The position numbers and the translations under genes are program-made. Under the pieces are notes generated by a model. It saw only the letters and a program-made list of their open reading frames with translations, was not told the DNA's origin and searched no databases. Positions 12,344 through 25,800 of a DNA stretch of 64,000 nt are shown here, piece after piece. Each line of letters begins with the position of its first letter. Positions within the stretch are counted from its first letter, which is position 1. The DNA is from Camelus dromedarius (taxonomy: Eukaryota): NCBI RefSeq assembly GCF_036321535.1, contig NC_087447.1, positions 35,838,001-35,902,000 on the forward strand. The letters run 5' to 3'.

Positions 12344-15333
12344 TGAATAGACTGTGTCTTTCTTCATGGAGGGGCAGCCATGTGCCAGGGGCTGTCTGCC
12401 AGGGCATTGGGTGGGATCTGCCTGCCCTCCTTGTCCCAGAGGCCTGCTGCCAGTCTCTCCCTCATGACACACACTCAGGCAGGCAGACCCTCCCCATGCC
12501 CTTGGACTGCTGAAGAGGGACTGGGGAGCTGTGGCAAAAGTGAACTGCTCATGGGATTATCATCTTAGTTTGCTGGGTGTCGTGTCCTCTTCCCACCTGG
12601 TTCTAACTGGGACTGGGGTAAAACAGCAGTAAGAAAAAGTAGAAGGGGTTCACATGAGAAAAGAACTTTGGTGGTCCAAAGCTGATGGGCAACTGTGGGA
12701 TGAGCTTACCTGAAGTGCCCCAGCGTATGGACCGCAGTCATGCCACTCCAAGGATGGAGTCGAGGAGAAGACTGCATGGCACCTTCCAGCCACCAAACTG
12801 CTATCATCCTGGGACTAGCCTCTACCATTCTCATCTCCTGTCTTCATCTCTCCTATGTTCTCACCTCCACTTTGTCAGGCCTCCATCATCTGCTCCTCAG
12901 TACACCTGCTCTCAACCCAACTCCCAAGATGTCTCTTCAAGGGGCAGCTCATACCACCAGGGCAGGAGGGGTGTTCCATCTCAGTGCTTCTTCAGTGGGC
13001 TAGTGGTGGGGATCCAGGAGCAAGGCAGCTTGGAGGCTGTGGCAGTCACAGGTTCAGGATGCCTGGTTGGGCCATTACTCTGACTTTACAGCTGTTTTGA
13101 TTTGTACTTGACCTGGGGCAGATTCTACTTCAGCTGATTGTGCTCAGCTCACCTTGGAACCTCTAGACATGGGGCAGATCTGTACCCGAGAACCAAGGTT
13201 CCCCACTTATGCTGTGCAGCAGCCATTTGGGATCCTATGATGGAATCTGGCCCCAACTTTGGATCATACCAAGCCCTAGAGGGACATCAATTTGCCAACA
13301 CAGGCCACTTGGGTCAACGAAGAGGCATAGGGCATCTGCATGGTTCCGTGTCACCCCTCCCTGGTGGAGGGCAAGCAGCTCCCAGCACATTCCTTGCTGG
13401 CACTGGGGCTCAGTGTCATCTCAGGGTCCTCTCCCAAGGACAAAGCACGCTCTCATCAGCTGCTCCCATGACATTCAGTATTAGTTGAGGATGCAGCCAG
13501 AGCTAAATTCCCAGTGAATAATCTGTGTTTTAGGCAGGGAGCTAATATGCTCTTATGAATGAAATAGGAGCTTCCAAAGGAGAGAAATCGATTTTAATTG
13601 CTTCTCATGAAAGTAATCCCAGTCAATTTAGTACCTTCCTAGAAATTGGGTCTTGGCTTCAGAGCAAACACACCCTCTTAGGAACTGTAAAAAATAGAAA
13701 CTCTTTCTCTAGCTGCCTACTTATTTAGTGTTTTTAAACCAAATCAAGCTTCTTGAATAAAAGGAGCAAGAACTTTCCCTTTGCTCCAGATACAAATGTT
13801 TTCTAAGGGAACGTTGCAAAGCCTGTGATTGATGGCTGGAGTCTGTCAGCCTGAGCTCAGGCAGCTGCTGCCTCCATCCGTCTCCATTCGCATCGGCAAT
13901 TTAATTCTACTTTGGAGATAAGTCAGGAAGTGCTGGAAGGCCTCTGAGCCAGCTCCGTTCCTGCCTTTCTCCCCATTCCTGGGAGGCTGGAATGGTCTCA
14001 GCCGTGTTGAGCCATCAGGTCTAGGCTGCAGCCAGCCTCCCAGTCCTCAACTTGGGGGTCCGTTCAGCTGACAGATTAGACCTAACTCAGCTGTCTGTGC
14101 CTGTGTGGCCCCCTGTATTTCTGAACAGACAAAGAGTTGGAGCCTCTCTTGCCTGGAAATGAAGCCATTCATACTAATGACACAGGTGGGACTGGCTGCT
14201 CCCTTCCCCACCACCTGTCCCAGGGGCTCTGCCTGCCCACCCATGACCCACCCAGCAGAACCCCAACATTGCACTGAGCCCTTAAAGTCAGGACACACTG
14301 TCACAGAGGCCCCAGAATAGTTTTCCTTAGCTAAAGCAGTGTTAGAGGGGAGAGGAGTAAAGACCCAGAGCTGGAAGGAGGCTTGAGAGATAAAGAAGTT
14401 TAAATAAGAGATTTCCAGCCTTCTTTCCCCATCATGGACCCCGTCTCTGAGCTCCCACCCCCGTTAGGCCCCATGGTTTGGAAGCTGAGTTTTTTCCTAC
14501 CAAGTTATTAAGTAATAATTTCTACTTAATGTTCATTGTTTCTGTTTATTGTTCTGTTAAGCAGTCCCTCTTGATAGCAAGAAAGCATTAGTGTTCCATT
14601 GTTGAGTAAACATAAGCCGGGCCAAATGCAAAAGAACTTACGGCCTTTTCATAGGTTAATGGGCAAATTCTTCTAATTAATATTTTGAAATATTAATAAG
14701 CAGCTCACAGCAGACACAAATACTACCTTCCAGGGTCTCAGGGAGGCCAGAGCCCAGGTCAGAAACCACTGGAAAGGATGGTTTGCTATTCTCCATGGTA
14801 TGCAAAATTCATATCTTCCTAACCACATGTACCCCTTTACCCCTTGGGATCTCCTTACCTCCTTGGGATCCCCAACTTCCATCTGCTGCCCACCCATGCA
14901 GTTCCAACATCTCCTGGAGACCCAGAGCCCCAAGGGTGGTCAGAAGAAGCCAGCAGGATCTGTTCTCTCATTGCAAGCCCTTAGCATCAAACATGTATAA
15001 TACTCAGATATTCCCATCATCAGGACCACGCCTCCCAAGTTTCAACCAATTGCCCTGTAAAATGGTTCTCACCTCCGACAGGTCAGAGGTCCCTTTTGTT
15101 AGCCCACTTTACAGATGGAAAAATGAGTGCTTCCAAGGTTGAAAGCACTGCAAGCACTATCCCAGAGCAAGAAACCTTTGCTCTGGGCTCCGGAGCCTTG
15201 TTCCTGCTCCTGGCCTCACAGCTCCCACGGAGGAAGCTGGTCACAGGCCCCCAGGCTCCTGGGAATCACTTCTGGCCTCTTGGTCTTCCAAGTTCCCCTT
15301 GGTTCACCAGCATCCTCCTCTTTTCCCGGGTAG

Positions 15334-15407
15334 ATGATCTGGGAGTGGACCCTGAGTTTGACCCAGCAGACGACTCGGACGGAGGCACGAAGAAGCAGGG
15401 AGAGCAG
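15334..15407 (+). CDS. USH1C: USH1C exon 15 (harmonin-a cassette)
   Basis: 74 nt; YDLGVDPEFDPADDSDGGTKKQGEQ; phase 1 to 0. Confidence 0.92.
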
Positions 15408-16526
15408 GTTTGCGGCCCCCGCTTCGCTCCTTGGCCTTGCTGCTCTGCTTGCCCTGTCGGCCTCCTCCTGCCAGTCCTGCAGACACCCAGCTCTGAGGGG
15501 CCAGTATGTAGTAGGGACCACTGGAGTCTGTGAGTCCTCCACACCCCAGCTTGGTCCAAGCTCTGCACACAAAACTTTGAGGACAAGACTCACAGCCAGG
15601 CTGGTCTCAGCGGGTGACACCAGCTCACCTGAACCACTGGTTCAAAGGTTTAATACTCCTCCAACCCAAATCCTTCCTCTGCTGCTCTGGCTTCTACCCT
15701 ACGACTCCCTAGATCTCCCCAACATCCAGCAATTAAGAGGGTAGTGCTGGGTCCAGCAGGGGGCTTTCAAAATCCTGTTCCAGAACTCAGGCTGGTCAAG
15801 GGTGGGTAATTAAGCCATCGCTGTTGGCAAGGGAGCTTCAGCTTTGAGGTACTAGCCCATCTGTCATGCTGTTGCCTGGGGAAGGCAGGGGGCTGGTGCC
15901 CTGGTGATCTGATCTGGGTGAGGATATGCTCTTCTGGGAGCAGATCTTTTGCCCACTGCCGCCTGAGCCATCCTTCCCAGAGCTGACCCCACCAGCGCCT
16001 TCTCTGTCGACATTGAAAGTGGAGGACATGGCCTGTGCTGTGAGACAAGACAGTTTTGTTCTATGTGACAGCCATTCTAGGAAGAGACCCAGGCTCCCTT
16101 TTGTTCTGGGTCATTTCTTTGATGGAGGGACCCGACATCGGTCAGGAGAGGCCTCGTTCAATGGGGCTTTGTGTTTGCAGACTGCGACTGTGACTGAGAA
16201 AAACTCATCGTTCTACAACAGGCTTTCTCTTTGACTTTCTGGCACTGACTTCTGAAGCCAGTGTCCTGTGGGAGGCAGCTGGCAGGGGCCCAGGGCCTGG
16301 GAAATTGGGCCCTTTCTCAGGGGTTCTTGGGCCTGCTTCCCAACCCAGGTGAGGCCAGGTAAGTGGAGAGTCAGACAGAGGGTGCAGTTTTGCTGTTGGA
16401 TTTCCCAAGACCGCTCCTCATTCACAAAGCCATGCGTTCCTTGGGAACCCAGCTCCCAGCTGCTGCCCACGGATACTCTGGCTGAGCTGAACTGTGTCTC
16501 ATTGCTTTGTTCTCTGTGTCTTATAG

Positions 16527-16576
16527 CCTTTGGATGGTTTTATCGTTACGATGGCAAATTCCCAACCATCCGGAAG
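16527..16576 (+). CDS. USH1C: USH1C exon 16/A (harmonin-b)
   Basis: 50 nt; SFGWFYRYDGKFPTIRK; phase 1 to 0. Confidence 0.93.
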
Positions 16577-19500
16577 GTAGGACAGGACTGAGTGCTGTGT
16601 GCTGCTGAGTTTGCTGTGGGTTTTGACCTTTTCCAAATGTTGCTTCTTTTCCTGTCACCTCTCAGTTGTGTCACTGGCCTGTTCAGTGGGGGGCTAACCC
16701 CGTCTGTGCCTGTCAGGCTGATGTCACAAGACAGGGCGCTGTCACAGAGGCATCATGGGGGGAAATATTCACAGGGTGAGACCTACTCAGGAACCATCAG
16801 GCCACTGCCCACTGGGCATGGGGCAGGGGCTGGGCCACGGCAAGAGATTTCTGCTGTCAAGTTGAACCAGAGGTCACGACCAGAAGCCAAGTTCAGAAAG
16901 AGTGAAAAATCAAATTGGGTGCACAGGGCAGGTTATGATACCGACTGTGCCAGACACAGGCTGGCTGCCGAGGTGGGGTTTTTGCTGCCTCAGTTTGGGT
17001 TAAAGAGCCACATCAATCCTAGCTCTCTGCTAGAAATTTCTCTGCATGTGCGCAGGATAATGCATTTTTCTGGCCTCTGGGGTTTTGAATTTTCTCTCTA
17101 AATCTTATTACAGTATCTCCAGGCCCCATAAAACTCCTTTGGCCCTTTTCTTTGTAAATCACTTTGGCATTTGATTATGAAAATGCTGCTGTTAATATTT
17201 GTAGACTGGACTTTCGAAATGACTTGGTATTTGGAAATCAGGCATCAGCATAAATCTGGGTGAACTAATTTAGGTGTTATCATTCGACTGGCTCTTTCTG
17301 GCAGGATGTCAGGTCCCCAGAAACCAAAGCTCTGGCAGCCTGGTGACCTTGATGATATGTTAACTTCTCCCTGCCTGTAAAATGGGAAGATCTGATATGC
17401 TGGGAACATCTACTCCCGTCATCTAACATGGTGCAGTATTATTCCTGACAGAGGTCAACGTCTTTACCTAGGAGCACAGGTTGTGATCTGTAAGGCACTG
17501 AATAAACTTAGAGCATCTCGGGAATTCCTTTCTACACTACCCTGGTCTCAGAAAGGGCTTGGTCTCATGAGACTGTCCTTTTCATTTTACAGGCTGACTC
17601 TGTGGCTTCAGATGTCTCATTGGGTTCAATTTCTAATTCTCTATATACTACCTCTACTAGAAAGAACACACACACACAGGATTTTACTTGAAAAAAATAA
17701 TAAAAGGAGATGTCCAGGTAAATCCTTGTCCAGACACCAATAACTGGGTAAATGTAGAAGAACTAGCATCTCCTCCATGCACACCTCCCATCAGAAATCA
17801 TGTCACTTGAAAACTGCTGTTGGTAAAGAGGAAGGCACGTTTTCCCCTGTTCATTGGTCTAGTCGCTCCAGAAATGGCTGGTATTTTGGTTTTCATTCTA
17901 TTTCCAAAAGAGAGAAAAGGTACTTCTAGACAGAAGCAAGAGCACATCCACCCTGCCTGCCTCTCTTCGCAGTCTGGATCAGAAAGAATATTTGCCATGA
18001 AAAATCCATTGACATTTTTTTCTAGAGTCACGTGAGATGCTTTGTCTCCCAGCAGCTGGAACACCAAGTCCACAGGTTAAACAAGTGGCCATCTATGGCC
18101 ATGATCAGCGATGCACAAAATTCCCCTTATCTGAAAAGATATCTACTGTGTCTTCTTGACGCATCTGGGGCTCAAGGCCTTGAGACCTGTGGCCCCACCA
18201 AGCCTATTCCAGTGCCTGAAGGACTCCTGGTTCTGACTAAGCCCTTTCCCCAGGACTGCTTGAGTGGATCACACAGACCAGCCCTACTTGCCAGAGCCTA
18301 CCATTTGGCAGGGGAGGCAGAGTTACACACAACTAAGTTACCACAATGGAGAGGGCTAGTATGAGGTCAGCAGGCAGTGCTGTGGGGCCTTTCTGCATCA
18401 ACAAGCAGGTGCTGCTTTCTTGGAGATGGGATGGAATCTGTCACATCTGCCTGCCCCACCCCGGAGCCCTAGCTCTAAAATCTTAGCACTGGTGGCTTTT
18501 TTTTTTTTTAATCGGAAGAATGGCCATTCCTCTTATGATGGTCCCTATGGGAGGCCATGCCCTTATTCTAGCAAGCTGCCATTAGGCAGAATGTTTCTGG
18601 CTCCTCTTGGGGAATTGCTGTCTGAATCTGTAATACGATGGTAGGGATTCGGCTGTCAACTGAGCTGAGTCTAGTAAGCAGAGTAGGAAGGAACCAAGCA
18701 GGTCCGTGAAGCAGTGAGAACCATTTTCTCAAGTGGCTCATAGACTGCTCTGGGGATGAGTCTTCATCCTCCCAAGGGGGGCCATCTCCAACTCACATTA
18801 CCTGTGTACAGAGGTGGGGGATGTCTTTAGAAGGGGAGGTAGGGTGACTTGGTGTAGGTCTATAATGACCCCACCAGGCCCCTCTAGCTGTGGAGAAAAT
18901 TGTGTGTCTATTGCTGGGATACTCAATTGCTCATTCCCAGCCTTGGATGCTGGGATGATTCAGGAATTCTGAGAGCAGGCCCCAGGAAGGCTTGGGGCAG
19001 GGACTGTGGTGAGCACAGTGAATATTCCTTCCCCCAGGAATTCCCCTGAATGTTGACTCTGCTGTCCCCTTTCCTGCTGGCCCCTATCCTCCATGCTGTG
19101 TGTGATAGTGGCTGACACCCCTCCCGCCATGCTCCCGTTGCCCCCAGCTCATCAGGGTGCAGTGGGAAAATAGTGGGGCCTAGAAGACTCAGGTCCAAAT
19201 CTGGCACCACCAGTTACTAAATGTTTGATGTCAGGCAAGGGACTTCACCTCTCTTGAGCCTTGGCTCCTTCATCAAGAGAAGGGGGATACTACCTGCCTA
19301 TGAGATTATCAATGTACATCCCTTGGCACATAGGCAGTCCATAAATCATAATTCTCCTCCTTCCTTATTCCTTGGCTTCCCTGCAAGTCTATGGGAGAAG
19401 CAACCAAGAAAGCAGGCTTTGTGGGGCTAATTCCAAAAGAAAATGTGTCCGTTCATCCTGTTTCTCCCTCCCCAAATCCTCCTGAACCCTGATGGCCAGT

Positions 19501-20279
19501 GAAAAGCAATTAGGCCATCGTCTCTACCTTCTCCTCCCCACATCTCCCAGTCCTTGTAGTTCTGTCTAATCCTCAGTTCAGGGGCCTAGTTCGGAGAGAA
19601 TGGTGGGTTTCGATTCTCCAGATGAAAAGGTCTGGAGTTAAACTGGAGTTTGCATCAGGGAAAAATCTGATGTCTCTGGCTCTGGGCTCCCAGGTCTGAG
19701 GCTGGCACCCTCCTCCTCTAGCTAAGGACAGAGGTTCTCTGTAAACACGGCTTGCCAGCTGTGCCAGATTTTCTCTAGAATCTACCAGGATGCATCTGTG
19801 GTGTCTGAACATCCAGATGATGGAGAAGGCATATGCCCAGATACTAGGAAATAAATACAATGTCTTTTTTTTAAATACAGCGCTCTGGAGCTTCCAAAGC
19901 TCTTTCAGAGATGCTATTTCATTGGCTCTGGATGGCAAACTTGTGGGGCAAGTATTTCCCTCATCTTGGAGATGAGGTGGATCAGGCACAGAGAGGTTAA
20001 GGAACTTAGCCAAGGCCACACAGCTTGTTAGTGAACTAGTAATCCAGTTCTTCTGGCTTGCAAAAAGAATGTGTCTCTCACTCTGCAGTGGGTAGCAGAC
20101 CCTGTCTGTCCTAAATCTGAAGCCTGATGCCCAGTGTGATGGGGCAGAGCTAGTGGAGGGTTTCACTGTGGGGTGCTTGCCTGCTATTGTCTGAGGATGG
20201 AATGCCATGTTTGCCGTGCTGTCCAGTGTCAATACTACCTTGTAACCCTTGTCATATAAACAATGCCACATCTGCTCAG

Positions 20280-20432
20280 AAAGGAAAGGATAAGAAGAAA
20301 GCCAAGTATGACAGCCTACAGGAGTTGAGAAAGAATAAGAAGGAACTAGAGTTTGAGCAAAAGCTTTACAAAGAGAAAGAGGAAATGCTGGAGAAGGAAA
20401 AGCAACTGAAGATCAACCGGCTGGCCCAGGAG
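20280..20432 (+). CDS. USH1C: USH1C exon 17/B (coiled coil 2)
   Basis: 153 nt; KGKDKKKAKYDSLQELRKNKKELEFEQKLYKEKEEMLEKEKQLKINRLAQE. Confidence 0.94.
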
Positions 20433-21738
20433 GTACGTGTCCTGCTCCCAGGCCAGGCAAGCATCCCTGTGGCACAGTTTGGTTGATCCCCACCATGCTC
20501 CCAGGGAACCAGCTGGAGTTGTCCTTCCCAATGGAGTCCAAGGTTGGAGTTGGAGTGAGCTCGGCCCCCTCCCCAGTCTGGAGAGTGAGATCTTCCCACA
20601 TACGCACAGTCCTGAGACTAACTTCTGGCTTAGGTGTATGTTTGGGATTGAGACTGGCCCCCTTGCTCAGGAGCTAGCCTTTCTGCCCAGATTGGAGGGC
20701 CCAGGTTAGCCTCCACACATGTGGCTAGAGGTTTGAGTTTGTCCTCAACCAGAGTATGAGCCACGGCTAGGCCTCTCTACCCTAGGTGTGGCTATGAGGC
20801 TAACCTCTCTGCTCAGACTGTAGATCTGAAGTTAGCCTTCTACCCACCTATCGTTAGATCTGGGTCAATTTGACCCCTCACTGTCCAACCCAGGTTGTGA
20901 ATCCAAGACCAGTCTTCCCCAATGTGCCTTGGCTCTAAGGATAGGGGTCTGAAGCTAACCTCTTTGTGCAGGTCGGGTATCTAAGGGTACCCCTCCCAAT
21001 TAATCAGGCCACGAGTCTAAAGCTGCTCACATCAACATTGGGTGTGTCTGAGGCTCTTCAGCCCAAGAGTGTATCTAAGGCGGCCCCTTTGAGACTTGTC
21101 AAAAGTAGCGTCCCACATGAGTGATTCCTACGTCCTAGCTGAGCAGGGCGACCTCACCTTCCCAGCTGTTGGAGAACTTGTTGGTTTTGCTTCTCTTTGA
21201 TGCTTTCATGAATCAGAATGCCAAGCCGATTAGATTAAAAAAACCAGAGAAGTCCTGGAAAATGTGAAGTGCATTAGGTCTGGCATTAGGAACAAATTAG
21301 CTACAAAATTAAAAATAAAATTGAACTTGTGCTTCTGAGGACAAGGCAGCCTGGAGAGGGGAGAAAGAGTAAAGTTGAACCCTTGGAATGTGCTGAGAGC
21401 CTACAAAAGGACCATTCTTGGAGAATCATAGGAGACTCAGAGTTGGTGGGAGTCCTGGGGGCCAGCTAATCCCATGCAAGGCATGGGCTCCTTACTGGAT
21501 TTTGCCTACGCCTGCTGTTAGTAATGCTTGACACCCCAGCACCCCCTCCCCCTTATTTCTGCCTCCTCTGGGGCCAGGTGGAACAAGCCTGTGGCTTTTT
21601 CTAGATAGTTGACACACCCAACAGTACTCTGGGTGTTTTTCAATGAGTGCTTCTGTGTTACTAATTCAAGTGTGCCGCTCACATGTGACTCAGACCTGCC
21701 CTTTGTCCTCTCCGTTTGGCGCCGGCCTTGGGTCCTAG

Positions 21739-21855
21739 GTATCCGAGACAGAGCGGGAAGACCTTGAAGAATCGGAAAAGATTCAGTATTGGGTGGAAAG
21801 GCTCTGTCAGACGCGCCTTGAGCAGATTTCCTCTGCTGATAATGAGATTTCAGAG
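21739..21855 (+). CDS. USH1C: USH1C exon 18/C
   Basis: 117 nt; VSETEREDLEESEKIQYWVERLCQTRLEQISSADNEISE. Confidence 0.94.
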
Positions 21856-22403
21856 GTAACAGAGCCCTTCTTTCCACACAGAGCCTCCTGCTGCCTTCAG
21901 AACCACACACCCTGGGGACAGCGGGAGGCAGAATGGCCACTGGCAAGCTTCACTGTCCAGGGCCGCCTACCAGCCCACTGCCCCTTCCTCTCTTGAAGAA
22001 GGGGATGTATCTGTATTTCTGGGTTTATCTCTAGAGTGACCACTAAGTCCCAGCTCATCTGAGATGATCCCAGTCAGGCCTGTTGTCCTGGTGTCATTAC
22101 TAAGAGTGCCCTTTTCAATCTCAAGTGTGTTCCAGTTTAGGTGATAAATTATATGGTCGCCTTCTTATCACCTTCATATGGCGTAACTTGGGATCCCCTG
22201 CATTTGGGCTCTCCCTCCTGGCTACCTGGTATTGGATCAGTTGGGCACCCAGGTGACAGAGAAGGGACACCCCCATTGTTCTGGTTTGAGGGTGGTGGGT
22301 CTCCAGCAGCAGGAGAAACAGATAGAAGAGTATTCTACTTGATGTATTATTGTGAGGTGGGGCACCAGTCAGATGATTACAGAACTTCTTTGCAACCCCC
22401 CAG

Positions 22404-22886
22404 ATGACCACAGGGCCCCCGCCTCCCCCGCCTTCTGTGTCTCCCCTGGCCCCACCCCTGAGACGCTTCGCAGGTGGGCTGCACCTCCACACCACTGACC
22501 TGGATGACATCCCCTTGGACATGTTCTACTATCCCCCCAAGACTGCCTCTGCCTTGCCTGTGATGCCCCACCCTCCACCCTCCAACCCACCCACCAAGAT
22601 CCCCGCACCCCCTGTCCTTCCCTCATCGGGCCGTGTGAGTGCCTCATCCTCACCCTGGGTGCAACGCACTCCACCCCCTATTCCCATCCCTCCCCCACCA
22701 TCCATTCCCACCCAAGACCTCACTCCTACTCGCCCGCTGCCCTCCGCACTAGAGGAGGCGCTGGGCAACCACCCCTTCCGCGCTGGGGACACAGGCAATC
22801 CAACAGAAGACTGGGAGGCAAAGAACCACAGTGGGAAGCCTGCCAACTCTCCTGTCCCTGAACGGAGCTTCCCACCCACCCCAAAG
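22404..22886 (+). CDS. USH1C: USH1C exon 19/D (proline-serine-threonine-rich PST domain)
   Basis: 483 nt; MTTGPPPPPPSVSPLAPP...SFPPTPK; donor gtactg. Confidence 0.95.
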
Positions 22887-25800
22887 GTACTGCCTCTGTT
22901 CTGCATGCTATGCCGGGAGGCAGGAAGAGTGGGCAGGGCTGGTGTTTTCCGTGTCCTCTGCCCCTGTGAGTGGAGACGGGAAGAAACACCATCTCACCCC
23001 ATTTTCCAGGAATGTGCCCCCCAGCCTGTGTATTGGGGGTATCCTGCATGTGCTTGGTTTCTGCTGATTTCGAAGTGCTGTATTATGTGGTGAATTGCCT
23101 GTGATACTTGGGCTGTGAGCAACAGTGTGTCAATGTTGATTGCTCTCTGTGCTCCCCTTGGCTAGTATGGGCTGGTAACGTTCAATGTAGTATTTGCAAG
23201 GCTGTGTTAATGAATAGCCAGAGCTCTCTGTATATATGACAGTAGGTCATTTCTTGATATTAGATCAGAAATCCTTGAATGTGGGTAATGAATCCTCAAT
23301 TTAACAGGAAAAAAGAGGGTGTGGGAAGCAGGGGAGCAGTATTAGGCTCTGTAAATGAGGTGATAACACTGTCCAATGCAGTATTAGGACATAACTGTGG
23401 CATTTTCTATGGCACTAGCCAACTACATTAGCTTAAAGAATAACACCCAGAAATTTCTGGCCAATTTCCAACTGCAGAAAAAATGAAGATGGATATAGTC
23501 CCTAGAATGTTCCAAATTTACTACTAAAAGACTAGGGATCTTTTCCTTGGATGTCAGCAGGCAGAACAATGATCTTTCTCAGAAAGACATATTTCTCATT
23601 AATTGTTCTTAATCCAAAGACTAAGAGGCAATCCCCAAGGAGGACATGGAGCTTTGATCCCTTGGAGGGAAAAAGAAAATATTTCTCTGCTCCAGTAACT
23701 GTGAGACCAAGATTTCAGTCAGAACTAAAGCAGCCCATGTCAGCTAAGGGTGGAGGTTTTAGGGGAGGGCAGTCCGTAGTGTCTGATCAGTTCTTTTTAC
23801 TAACCTTTCCTGCATGGATTTGAGTTCCTGCATGAAGTGCGGAATGAGCATCTCAGCCCATTCAGGAGAGCTTAGGGGAAGGAAAGTGGGAATGAAGATA
23901 GTGCCAGATGCTGACAAGGCTGCAGCTTCCAGCAGGGCTTAGAGGGGCTCCTGGTGGGGTCCTGAGCCCTGAGCATTCGCAGAGAGAAGTCTGTCTGTTC
24001 CAAGGATATCTTGCCCTGGAGCCCAGGCAGAGCAGGTTTGCAGGGGGCTGAGTTAGCACAGAGAGCCACACCTCTGTGTGAGTGGCCCCCACGAACAGGG
24101 GTAGCAGTTCTTCCTCAGCATCAATTGAGCACCCACCTTGTGCTTCTCTGCATGGGGGAAGAGGGGAGCAGAGCTGAAGAGGATACACAGGCAGCTGGCA
24201 CACTTGTGCTCTCCAGGACTTTGCCATCTGAAGGCTTAGCAGCTGACCAGGCAGGATTCAGCCATAAAATCGGCACAGTCTAGATGCTGTGGGAGCGATT
24301 CATTCTAATGGGAGGCTGAAGGCACCTCAGTGGAGCTGAGCCCTGAGGAATGGTGATGCAGGGAGGGTGGGAGAAGGACATTGCAGGTGCAAGGGACATA
24401 AAGATGACAAGAAGGAACTGCCTGGGTTTGAATCCTGGCTGGATCACTGGCTGGATGACTTTGGGCATGCGTTACTCATCTGTCTGAGCCTCACCTGTAA
24501 AATGGGAATGTTAGTGGCACCTACCCATTAGGAGGATGAAGTGAGTTATGAACTCATTCTAAGTTAGGGAAGAGTAGCAGGCAAATAGTAGGTGCTCAAT
24601 ATATTAACCATGGTCAGTGGCAGATCAGGGTACAAGAAAATTTGGGTGAAACCGCAAACTTGAGATTGGACGGGAACGGTAACCTTTTGAGTCAGGGTCA
24701 AGATTCACAACAGAGCCCAACTTTCTTGGGTTCCTCTAGGAATCACGAAATTAGTTCTCAATCAGAGCAGAGAGAAGGTTAAAACTCCCCCCACACAAGG
24801 AGCCTCTGAAGAATTGGACCCTAAATGTCTTAAGTGACATCAAATCCAGGGTTGTCCCTGTCACGAAGGCCAGGGGTGAGCCGTTTTGGTTAGCTTCATC
24901 CTGCCGGCATCAACACTTTGGCCCTTGCACCACCAACCCTGCCCAACCTCCTCCTCCCGGCATGCTTCTGGTGAGTGGTCCTCAGTCCTGCGGCAGGAAG
25001 TGTGGGTGATCACACATCTGCACAGTCAGCCCCACCACCAGCAGATCTCAGGTGGGTGAAATGGACACCTGTGTCAGCTCAGCACCTGTGCCTGTCACAG
25101 CAGCACCTGCCAGGGGAAGGTTTTCAGGGCGAAGTCTACCCCCGACACTGTCCCATCCACCCACCATACCACTGAGTCATTCATTTATTCATGCAGCGTG
25201 TTCAGTGGGCACCCACAATATGCTGGACACTATCCTGGACACTGGAGAACCACTGAAAAATAGGCAGCCCAGTCCCTGCCTGAGACAGTCTGGTGGGAAG
25301 ACAGACAAGTAAGCAGGGAACTCCCACGCTACCAGGGGAGGTGAGGGAAACACAGGTGCTGTGATGAGAGGAGAGGAAAAGCTCAAGGAAAGCTTCCTGA
25401 AGGCGGTGATAACCCAAGCTAGCCATCTGGGCAGGTAACGCAGAAGGAAGGGAGAGCACGTGCAGAAGCCTCGAGACAAGAAAGCCAGGCACTTAGGAGG
25501 CTCAAGTCAGTCAGTGTGAGGAGGGTAAGAAAGAGTGAGGGATGAGGCTGTCAAGGAAGGTGGAGAAGCTCATGGGGCCACCCCAAGGAGCTCAGTAGTC
25601 CTTGGGGACTCATGAAGGGTTAGGGCAGGGCTGTGACCCGACTTGTCTTGCCCAAGGTGATTAAGCGGGATAGAGCAGAGCAGACATGTTGCATCAGCTC
25701 TCCTGGATGCTGCTATTACTGGCCCTCCCTCCTGAACCTCCGGCTGCCAGAGACTCTGTGGCCACCCACCAGGGACAGCAGATGCTGCGTGGGCAGTCTG

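Noticed and set aside
19573..20271. 232-aa minus-strand ORF
   Set aside because: Runs through a MIR fragment (LNLSVP motif); no coding evidence.
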